Below are positions 1 to 59,731 of a stretch of 64,000 nt of DNA, piece by piece. The stretch comes from Eledone cirrhosa (lineage: Eukaryota): the NCBI GenBank assembly GCA_964016885.1, contig OZ024766.1:3224001-3288000 (forward strand), read 5' to 3'. The notes beneath the pieces are model-generated. The model was not told where the DNA came from. It ran no database searches and saw nothing but the letters and a program-made list of their open reading frames with translations. The position numbers were made by a program, and so were the translations under genes. Within the stretch, counting starts at the first letter, position 1. Each line of letters begins with the position of its first letter.

Positions 1-231
1 TTACAGTGAGTGCTGGGTGCTTTTTTTTCCGTGGCACCTCCCACGACCACTTTACAGTGGAATGATAGGGACCCCAGTCCCTATCATCTCATTTCTATAG
101 CTGAGTAAACTGGAGCAATGTGAAATAAAGTGTCTTGCTCAAGGAAACAACACATCACCCGGTCTGAGAATTGAACTCACAACCTTTCGATTGCAAGGCC
201 AATGCTCTAACCACCAAGCCATGTGCCTCCA
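1..231 (-). mobile_element. tRNA-derived SINE (main family in this window), cut by the window edge
   Basis: Minus strand ggaggcacatggcttggtggttagagc (A box) ... gagttcaattc (B box); ccttgagcaagacact core; matches 23153-23482. Confidence 0.9.
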
Positions 232-599
232 TATTATTTTAAATTAGTATTTTTCAACTTAGCTAACTTGGTCATTTGCAATTGGAACACATGTATACTT
301 GTATCAGTGTTCATCCCTCTCATATATTCATTTGTATATATAAATATTTATTAAAATAACAGATTAAAGTTTAAGCAAAGAATTGCTGCTTTCACCCTTA
401 ACGGGATCTTCTGTAACTAAAAAAAAATCAATCTGTGAACGCAGAAGTAAATATTCAAAAAACGTTGCACCGAAGGAAGACAGGAAGACGATACTTTGGC
501 GCGTGAAGACGTTCCCTGGCAAAGAACGGATAAAGACAAAGATAATATGTCATTATTTTGAAGCGGTGAAAACAATTATACGCAAAGACAAAACCATAC

Positions 600-2330
<1,731 letters not shown>

Positions 2331-3289
2331 GTCCACTCACCATGGTTTAATATACTCCTTCACAGTAAAAAAACATTGCAATAACACCAAATAATTTAAC
2401 ACCCCCGAACCCCCTGCTCCCCCCCTTACCCAACAGGCAATAAATAACAACAACAATAAACAAACAAGGCTCTCCTCTTCCTTTGCCCCCCCCCCCCCCC
2501 CTCCTTCCTCTTCCTCTTTATTAAGTTAATACAATTTTTTTTTTTTTAAATCACAGAAAGGGTCTTTAAGAAGAGAAGTGGTGGTGGTGGTGGTGGTGGT
2601 AAGGGGTGGTGGTGGTGGTAAGGGGTGGTGGTGGTAAGGGGTGGTGTTGCAGAGGTGGTGGGGTGGGAGTAATATGTGCGCGGTGAAGGGAGTCGAGGGG
2701 CGGGGGGGGGGGGGGAGTTGGAGTTGGTTGGTGGTGGTGGTGGTGTTGGTGGTGGTGGTGGAGGTGTGTGGTGGTGTTGGTGGTGGTGTTGGTGTTCTCA
2801 GACAGATAGTATCAGCAATGGAAAGACCAATTGGTCTGTCCAATTTGACAAGTTCTATCCTACTTGTTAGGGCCCGAATTGTTAAGTGAACGAGGCCAGG
2901 GATCTTGTCAATTGATTAAGATATCACAAACATAAGATGGAAAGATGTTAGCCCCTTTTTTAATGACAATCTACATCAGTCGTGGGCAAACTGGGGCATG
3001 CGGCCTTTTCAACTTTCTAAATGGCACTCCTACTTTCGAAATTGCCTTAAATTGTTTAGTAGCGCAGCCCTGCTTATGATAAGCCAAATCCTATGTGACC
3101 CACTGCTAAAAAAAGGGCTGTCCACTTTCATAGGGAAACAAAATATACAATAATGTGAATGAGTCCTATTATTGTTGAAAGATGGGTGAGAGAGGCAAGC
3201 ATGACCCCCGTGAATGGGCCTGCTCTGAGTATGCACCTTTAGATAGGAAGTAGAGAACTGGGAGAGGGCACTTACCCTGGTGGGCAGGG

Positions 3290-3982
3290 TCCTCTACCGT
3301 CCTGTACCATCCTCTACCACCCTGTACTGTTCTCAACCGTCCTCTACCGTCCTGTACCATCCTCTACCGCCCTCTACCACCCTGTACTGTTCTCAACCGT
3401 CCTCTACCGTCCTGTACTGTTCTCAACCATCCTCAACCGTCCTCTACCGTCCTGTACTGTCCTCTACCGTCCTGTACCATCCTCTACCGCCCTCTACCAC
3501 CCTGTACTGTTCTCAACCGTCCTGTACTGTCCTCTACCGTCCTGTACCATCCTCAACCGTCCTCTACCTTCCTGTACAGTCCTGTACCATTTTTACCATC
3601 CTCTACCGTCCTGTACCGTCCTCTACCATCCTGTACAGTCCTCTACCATTTTGTACCGTCTTGTACCACCCTGTACCATTTTGTACCGTCTTGTACCATC
3701 CTCTACCATTTTATCCCGTCTTGTACCATCCTCTGCCATTTTGTACCGTCTTGTACCATCCTCTACCGTCCTCTACCATTTTGACCCGTCTTGTACCATC
3801 CTCTACCATTTTGTACCGTCTTGTACCATCCTCTACCATTTTGTACCGTATTGTACCATCCTCTACCGTCCTCTACCATTTTGCACCGTCTTGTACCACC
3901 CTGTACCGTCCTCTACCATTTGGTAACGTCTTGTACCATCCTCTACCATTTTGTACCGTTCTCTACCGTACTGTACTGTCCT
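3290..3982. repeat. ~10-bp minisatellite (ctctaccgtc / ttgtaccatc)
   Basis: Directly visible tandem units. Confidence 0.9.
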
Positions 3983-4285
3983 TAATGTTATACTTTATGT
4001 CAACCCTTGTGGTTAAAGAAGTCATTATTATTGTTGATGTTGTTGTTACCACATATAATTCTACTCAGCACCATCACCACCACCATCATCACCACCATCA
4101 TCACCATCACCTTTTAATCTGGGGCTGGGGAAGAAGAATGGAGGTTGCTGCGAAAAATAACACTAAAACAAACAAACAAGAACATATATATATATAAATA
4201 TATATATATATATTATATATATATATGGATATGTATATATATATAAATATATATATATATATTATATATATATATATATATATGG

Positions 4286-4334
<49 letters not shown>

Positions 4335-4534
4335 ATATATATATATGGATATGTATATATATATAAATATATATATATATTATATATATATATAAATATA
4401 TATATATATATGGATATGTATATATATATATATATATATGGATATGTATATATATATATATATATATATATGGATATGTATATATATATATATATATGGA
4501 TATGTATATATATATATATATATATATGGATATG

Positions 4535-4566
<32 letters not shown>

Positions 4567-4863
4567 CACATATATACATATATGTATATATATATACACA
4601 TATATACATGTATATACGTGTATATATATATAATATATATATACACACACATAGTAAACAATGCCCCACCATACCCCCAAACCTAAAAACGTAAGGAAAA
4701 AGGAAAAAGAAAAACACAGGGAAAATATGCATCAATACATGTTAATAAAGGTTTGTGCAAGTTCGACCTAAGTTTAGTTTAGTCAAGATACTGGCAATAA
4801 GCACTGGGTTGATAAGAACAAAAATATCCCAACTAACTTTCTTTGTGAATATCAAATATTATC

Positions 4864-4898
<35 letters not shown>

Positions 4899-5112
4899 CA
4901 TCATCATCATCGTTTAACGTCCATGTTCCACGCTTGTATATACATGTACATGTGTGTATATATATATGTGTATATGTATATATATACATGTACATGTGTG
5001 TATATATATATATATGTGTGTATATGTATATATATATACATGTATATGTATATATATATACATGTATATGTGTATATATATATATATACACATATATATA
5101 TGTATATATATG

Positions 5113-5226
<114 letters not shown>

Positions 5227-5250
5227 CACATATATATATATATATATATG

Positions 5251-5281
<31 letters not shown>

Positions 5282-5784
5282 GCACACACATATATATATA
5301 TATATATATATTCTACTATATCGATGCAGTATTTCAGTCCGTAAACTGTGTTATCATGTGTGTAAATATATTTACACACGTGTGTGTAAATTTACACACA
5401 CACTCACACACACACGTATGTGTGTGTATTTCAATGATTTTTATTTTTAATTTAAGGTGGATTATATTATATATATATATTTTTTTTTTTTTAAAAACAT
5501 TATAGTGACAAACTGGGATGAAATATTCCTGTTGATTTAAATTGCCCCAGGAGGGGTGAAAGAACAAATTAAATATATATATTTATATATTTATAAAGAG
5601 AGCGAGAGACAGAAAAAATATCGGTCGGAAGAATGAGAAATATTTTTCAGTAGACATATTATTACTGCTATAACTTTCACCAATATTATTTATATTATCA
5701 TCATCATCATAAACATCATTTTACTGAAGACTATATGTATGTGTGTGTATGCATATATATATATAAATGTATATATATATATAT

Positions 5785-5846
<62 letters not shown>

Positions 5847-5978
5847 GTTTATATATATACATGTTTATATATATTATATATATACATGTTTATATATATT
5901 ATATATATATATACATATGTTTATATATATTATATATATACATATGTTTATATATATTATATATATATATATACATAT

Positions 5979-6014
<36 letters not shown>

Positions 6015-6089
6015 GTTTATATATATATATATGTATACATATGTTTATATATATTATATATATACATATGTTTATATATATATATATGT

Positions 6090-6127
<38 letters not shown>

Positions 6128-6230
6128 GTTTATATATATGTATATATATATATATAAATATATGCACATGTATAGTATATATGTTTATATATATATGTAT
6201 ATACATATATGTGTGTTTATATATATATAC

Positions 6231-6284
<54 letters not shown>

Positions 6285-7223
6285 GTTTATGCATATATAT
6301 GCATAAATATATATATGTATACACATATCACATTATTATAGTCCCCACAATGCATTAATTAAACAATAATTTATGTATATACATATTTCCAGAAAATTCT
6401 TTCTCTAGAAAATCCAATTTAAACAACAATTGCCAAAAAAGAAAAAAAAATGTCTGGATTTTCTCGCCAAAAATTGAGAAAAATAAATAAAATTTGAGAA
6501 AATTGATTTTTGAAAAAAAATAAATTTCTTTGGTAGATCGCAAAAAAGTTATATTTAAAAATGTAGACCAATCAGAAGAGAAATTGGTAAACTCTCTAAT
6601 TTAGTTTCAACCAATCAGAAAGACCGACTGATTATGTAATTTCAACCAACAACAACAACAAAAAAAAAATAAATCTGATGGGAAATTTCGACCAATCAAA
6701 AAGGACATTTAAATTTTCGACCAATCAGCAAAGACATATTTAAAATTTCGACCAATCAAAAGTTAGGATTGGTAAATTTTGGACCAATCATAAAGACTTT
6801 AAAATTTTTTTTTTTTACCAATTCAAAGATAGATTTAAAATTTTTGTGCAGATGTCATTGTGTATATATATGTGTGTGTGTGCATGCGTGTGTATGCGTG
6901 TGTGTGTCTTTTTCCATTCATTCTCTTGTTTTAGAAATCCTTCCAACCCTTTTCAGAAGATTGTGGGAAGATCTGGTCCCTATATGGAGTAAAGATAAAG
7001 AGACGACATAGATGTCCCCTCCAGAATCTTAAGTGGTCCCAATTTTAAAAACAGTAGGGTGTTTGTTGAGGGGAGTGACAGAGGCAACCCTCATACTCAT
7101 ACTACCATATATGGTTCTTAATTTAAAGAACTACAGAGTATACAGCCTCTCACAATTAAAAACCTATATATATATATAATATTAAACAATGAAAGAATAA
7201 GAAAAATTGTATTCAATTAATCC

Positions 7224-7292
7224 ATTGTTTTACAGTCGTTTCAGAGGGAAAATTTATTGATGTCTACTTTACTGTCTATCCTCAGAAACAAT
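7224..7292 (-). ncRNA. Hammerhead ribozyme-like motif (type I, degenerate stem II)
   Basis: Minus strand: attgttt-CTGAGGA-taga...tct-GAAA-cgactg-TA-aaacaat; 7-bp stem I, GUA site. Confidence 0.6.
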
Positions 7293-7609
7293 ATGCATGT
7301 ATATATAAGCTATTCCCCTGCCAATCACAATTTCTTATCTCACAGCGCGCACATACACACACACACACACACACCAATTTTTTTTAAATGTGTAATTTAA
7401 CACGTGTCCAAAATATGTGTATGAATCTACACATTTATAAAGCTTTTGTTATACACCCCTACACATGTATGTAATATATGCATGTGTATATACATATAAA
7501 CATAAATACATATACATACATACAAACGCATATACATACACATAATATATATACATATATATATACGTAATATGTATATATATATACACATATATATATA
7601 TATGTATAC

Positions 7610-7650
<41 letters not shown>

Positions 7651-7662
7651 CATATGTATATA

Positions 7663-7716
<54 letters not shown>

Positions 7717-8407
7717 TATACATATATATATATATACACATACATACATATATATACATATACATATATATATATATACACATATACACATACATACATA
7801 CATACATACATACCTATATATATATATACACATATATACACATACATACATACATATATATATACACATATATACACATACATACATATATATACATATA
7901 TATATACACATATATACACATACATACATACATATATATACACATATATACACATACATACATACATATATATACATATATATACACATACATACATACA
8001 TATATATACATATATATACACATATATACACATACATAAATATACACACATATATATATATAAATGTATGTATTAAATCACACACACACACACATGACAA
8101 ATTAAAATCTCAGACACTATATCTATGCTTCTAATATCAAGGACAAGACCATACTAGAGCAATGCTTTCATTTTCTTTTTAACTATTTATTGATGTCTTT
8201 TCCTTTAAGTTATCATCATCATCATCATCATCATTACTATTATTATTCCAGTTTAAAAGGACTGAAGACAGACACTTTTCTCTTCGGCCAATCCCTCATC
8301 AACTTCTTCAAGTTTCCCCTGGAAAGGAAGGTGAGGGTGGAGAGAGAAGTGCTCTCAGATAAAATAAGATGATGCATGACATACCCTGACATAGTAGATA
8401 GTCATCT

Positions 8408-8474
8408 TATTTTATCTGATGAGGACGTACTGTTGAACTTAACTCAGTACCTCTGAAATATGTATAATAAAATA
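8408..8474 (+). ncRNA. Type I hammerhead ribozyme motif (family A, copy 1)
   Basis: tattttat-CTGATGA-ggacgtactg[loop]cagtacctct-GAAA-tatgta-TA-ataaaata; 8-bp stem I, self-complementary stem III. Confidence 0.8.
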
Positions 8475-8745
8475 TACTTGATCACAAGAACATCTATTTT
8501 ATTAATATTTTGAATTAATATTAATAACTCTGGAAAACCTCACTGTTGAGTGCTTCCAAAACTATTGTAAAACTTATTCTTTGATGTATTCATTGAACCT
8601 TGTTTAACTTTTAAATATATACTATATTCATTAGTTAAGCAAAACAAGACCACAGATTTCACAAGGAAGACATTATTAAAAGATTGTCAACATATTTTAG
8701 TTTGATGTAAGGAATGTAGAGAATAATAATAATAATTGTTTCTAC

Positions 8746-9036
8746 TTTAAGCACAAGGCCAGCAATTACCCAATGCATTACTGGTACTTTATTTTATCGA
8801 CCCCGTAAGGATGAAAGGCAAAGTCAACCTCGGCGGGATTTGAACTCAGATCGTAAAGGGACGTAACTATGCTGGAAAGCATGGCGTCCAACCCTCTACC
8901 ATGCTTTCAGCATAGTTACGTCCCTTTACGATCTGAGTTCAAATCCCGCCGAGGTTGACTTTGCCTTTCATACTTACGGGGTCGATAAAATAAAGTACCA
9001 GTAATGCATTGGGTAATTGCTGGCCTTGTGCCTAAA
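8746..9036. mobile_element. Head-to-head inverted duplication of a MetaSINE-like tRNA-derived SINE (~139-bp arms, 14-nt loop)
   Basis: B box gagttcaaatccc and gcctttcat..ggggtcgataaaataaagtaccag core; arms are reverse complements with ~3 differences; single copy at 21057-21243. Confidence 0.9.
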
Positions 9037-9065
9037 TAATAATAATAATAATAATAATAATGTCC

Positions 9066-9180
9066 ATTTACAATTGTTTCGCTACTCCATATAATATTTC
9101 TGGATCAAATGATTATATATCATTATTGATCTGGTTCAGTTGAAAATAACATAGGTAGAAATAGAGCAGCTCATCAGAAC
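9066..9180 (-). ncRNA. Hammerhead ribozyme-like motif with extended stem II and truncated stem I
   Basis: Minus strand: gtt-CTGATGA-gctgctct...ggagtagc-GAAA-caattg-TA-aat; 8-bp stem II, palindromic stem III ACAATTGT, only 3 bp of stem I. Confidence 0.62.
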
Positions 9181-9249
9181 TTCAAAAGGAATATAAATTA
9201 TCTCCTCTCCTATCTCCATCTCTTTCTTTAAGATTGGTTACTCTTGAAC

Positions 9250-9306
<57 letters not shown>

Positions 9307-9399
9307 AAGTCCTAGGGTACTCTATATAATATATATGTATATATATATATATATATATAGTGCCTAGAGGTGCTATCTTTTGTATGCTGTATATATTTG

Positions 9400-9580
9400 T
9401 AAGACCTGGGGTTTTGGCTATGTTTTAGTCTGTGTGTTTTTTTATCATTCCTAGAGAACCTATTATTATGGGTATTGTTTCTGTTTCCCTTTTCCACATT
9501 CGAGTTATTTCTATCTCTAGATCTTTATATTTGGAGAGTTTCTCCATTTCCTTGGAAGATATATTGTCGTTTGATTTCAA
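9400..9580 (-). mobile_element. LINE remnant with restriction-like endonuclease C-terminus (R4/Dong/NeSL/HERO-like)
   Basis: DNISSKEMEKLSKYKDLEIEITRMWKRETETIPIIIGSLGMI matches the RLE KxxKYxDL...PIIIGxLG pattern. Confidence 0.75.
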
Positions 9581-9639
9581 TATTATTATTATTATTATTA
9601 TGTTGCACAATTTTCCATTTTAAAAACACATACACATAA

Positions 9640-9680
<41 letters not shown>

Positions 9681-9859
9681 CATATATATACACACACACA
9701 CACATATCTACATACATACAGTGACACAAGACTGAACTAAAATATATATATCTACGTGTGATTATATATTGTAAAGTATGAAAGATTTGTATTATATATA
9801 TATTTATATATATACATAAATATCATACAAACATATATATACATATATGTATGCATGTT

Positions 9860-9924
<65 letters not shown>

Positions 9925-9925
9925 G

Positions 9926-10006
<81 letters not shown>

Positions 10007-10232
10007 TTATTTATTTATTTATATCATACATATTTATAAATATTTGTTAAATTTTCATAAATTTTTCAGTTTTTCTTTTTTGACTTAGGAAAAATGTGTG
10101 TGTGTATATATATATAGAGAGAGAGATATACATATATATATGCTCAGCGTTTTCAGTCTTTAAAATGTTTCAAATAGAAAAATAAGTTTAAATGCTGTGT
10201 GCAAATTGAAAATCATTATTATACATAATAAA

Positions 10233-10264
<32 letters not shown>

Positions 10265-10587
10265 CATACATACATATTTATATACATACATATATACATA
10301 TACATATATATATACATACATATATACATATACATATATATATGTACATATATATATACATATATATATACATATATATATATACATATATATATGTACA
10401 TATATATATACATATATATATACATATATACATATATATATATACATATATATATGTACATATATATATACATATATATATATACATATATACATATATA
10501 TATACATATACACATATATACATATATATACACATACATATATATACATATATATACATACATATATATATACATATACATATATAC

Positions 10588-10620
<33 letters not shown>

Positions 10621-10715
10621 CATATACACATATATACATATATATACATACATATATATATATATACATATATATATACATACATACATATATATATACA
10701 AAGATACATATATAC

Positions 10716-10753
<38 letters not shown>

Positions 10754-11155
10754 TGGTGTATGTTTTACTATATTTTTCTTTCTTATAACCAACACCATCT
10801 TCAGTCCACACATATGTGTTGTGTTTGAAAATACAAAAGCAAGCAATGCTTTGTGCTTAGAAGTGTGAGTGAGTGAGTGTGTGTAAAAAAGAGTGTAAAA
10901 ACCAGCTGTACCCGCTATATTCGCGGGAAGTTGATCACACCAGGGATTTCGTTTAAATATATTTACATCTTACATTCATCAAATACAACTTAAAAATATT
11001 GAGCTGAAACCGGAAAACTCCAGTATCCGAAATATTAGGATTAAAAATACCAATAATGAAAATGAGAAAAAATAATCAATAAAATTAACAAAGAAAATAA
11101 GAGAAAATTATTAATCTAAGTGTGTGTGTGTATATATAAATAAATAAATATATTG

Positions 11156-11235
<80 letters not shown>

Positions 11236-11610
11236 TAAATATATATATATATATAAATAAATAAATATATATATATATATATAAATAAATAAATATATAT
11301 ATATATATATAAATAAATAAATATATATATATATATATAAATAAATAAATATATATATATATATAAATAAATAAATATATATATATATACATATATATAT
11401 ATAACTATATTTATATATAAATAACTATATATATATATAACTATATTTATATATATATAACTATATTTATATATATATAACTATATATATATATATACAA
11501 CTATATTTATATATATATAACTATATATATATATATATATAACTATATATATATATACAACTATATTTATATATATATAACTATATATATATATACATAT
11601 ATATATATAC

Positions 11611-11641
<31 letters not shown>

Positions 11642-11718
11642 CATATATATATAACTATATATGTATATATATATACATATATATATATAACTATATATGT
11701 ATATATATATATATATAC

Positions 11719-11767
<49 letters not shown>

Positions 11768-11826
11768 CATATACGAGAGTTAACTCTCATATTGGATATA
11801 TATACATATATATATATATAACTATA

Positions 11827-11866
<40 letters not shown>

Positions 11867-11940
11867 AGCACACACACATATCCTATAAAATATTTTTCTT
11901 CCTCTTTGCTGCAAGTTGCTGCTCCTGATACTACAACTGA

Positions 11941-11990
<50 letters not shown>

Positions 11991-12109
11991 TCAGAACAAA
12001 ATACTGGTGGTAACATGTACACACAAAAATCAAAATCAAAAAAGAAAATTGAAAATAAAGTAAATAAGAAAAGAAAAAAAATATTTTAAAAAAAAGTACT
12101 ACCCACACA

Positions 12110-13010
12110 TCTATGCAAAATAGAAACATCGCATATCCTGCACAATACATCGCTGACACTTGTGTGCAAAATAGGGTACAGCGCAAATCCTGCGAATTAC
12201 ATCACCAACACTTGTGTGCAAAATTAGAGTGCAGTGCTCATACTGTGCAGATATACAGCACCTACACTCCTATGTAAAATTAACTACAGCGCAAATCCCG
12301 CGCAACACATCACCAACATTTCCGTGCAAAATTAGAGTGCAGCGCTCATATTGTGAAAAAATACTGCACCAACGCTCGTATGCAAAATAAAGTACAGCGC
12401 ATATCCCGCGCAGCACATCATTGTCACTTCTGTGCAAAATTAGAGTACTCTGCACCGACGCTCGTATGCAGAATAGAGTACAGTGCATATCCCGCGCAAA
12501 ACACACCATTGTCACTTCTGTGCAAAATTAGAGTACTCTGCACCGACGCTCGTATGCAGAATAGAGTACAGTGCATATCCCGCGCAAAACACACCATTGT
12601 CACTTCTGTGCAAAATTAGAGTACTGCACCAACGCTCGTATGCAAAATAGAGTACAGTGCATATCCCGCACAACACGTCACTGACACTTCTGTGCAAAAT
12701 TAGAGTGCAGCGCTCATATTGTGAAAAAATACAACACCAACGCTCCTATGCAAAATAAAGTACAGTGCATATCCCGCGCAACACATCATTGTCACTTCTG
12801 TGTAAAATTAGAGTACTGCACCAACGCTCGTATGCAAAAATAGAGTGCAGTGCACATTCTATTCTACACAATACAGCACTGAGACTTGTATGTAAAATTA
12901 GAGTACTGCGTTCATTTTGTGCAAAAATACTGCATCCGCACTCCTATGCACAATAGAGTACAGCACCCATCCTGTGCAAAAAAAAAAAAAATAGATATGC
13001 AAAATATTGA
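12110..13010. repeat. Degenerate tandem repeat (tgcaaaat(t)agagtac core) just after the PTP stop, probably 3' UTR
   Basis: Core recurs every ~30-50 bp, with a near-exact ~89-bp duplication around 12420-12600. Confidence 0.85.
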
Positions 13011-13034
13011 AAACACGTCACTGTGAGACGTCGT

Positions 13035-59096
<46,062 letters not shown>

Positions 59097-59109
<13 letters not shown>

Positions 59110-59686
59110 TTCAAGGAGGGGGGAGAGGATGATGTGGTGGTGGTGGTGGTGGTGGTGTAGTCGTTGAAAGAGGTGGAGGAAAAGGAGAAGAAAGTTATGA
59201 TGGAATGGAAAAACCACCACAATGACAACAACAAAATTTTTGTTGTTGTTGTTGGTGTTGGTGTTGGTGGTGGTGGTGGTGTTAGTGGTTTTGGTGTTTG
59301 TGATAGTGTTGATGGTTGTGGTGGTGGTGTTGGTGGTAGTGTTGATGGTGGTGGTGGTGGTGGTGGTGGTGGTGTTGGTGGTAGTGTTGATGGTGGTGGT
59401 GGTGGTGGTGGTGTTGGTGGTAGTGTTGATGGTTGTGGTAGTGTTGATGGTGGTGGTGGTGGTGGTGTTGGTGGTTTTGGTGTTTGTGGTAGTGTTGGTG
59501 GTGGTGGTGGTAGTGTTGTATTTGGTGGAGGTGGTGGTGTCAGTGGTGGTGGTGGTGGTGTTATTAGCAATATTGATGTTAATGGTGGTGGTGTTAGTGG
59601 TAGTAGTGTTAGTGGTAGTAGTCGTGTCTGTAGTAGTGGTAGTAGTGGTGTTAGTGGTAGTAGTGGTGTCTGTAGTAGTAGTAGTA

Positions 59687-59731
<45 letters not shown>

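Noticed and set aside
10754-10810. Minus-strand CTGAAGA followed by a tggtgt/acacca stem
   Set aside because: GAAA, stem III and cleavage site are missing (replaced by (TA)n); at most a half motif
12110-13010. Repeated TTTGCACA resembling miR-19 sites
   Set aside because: miR-19 is not known to me from molluscs; the match has no support
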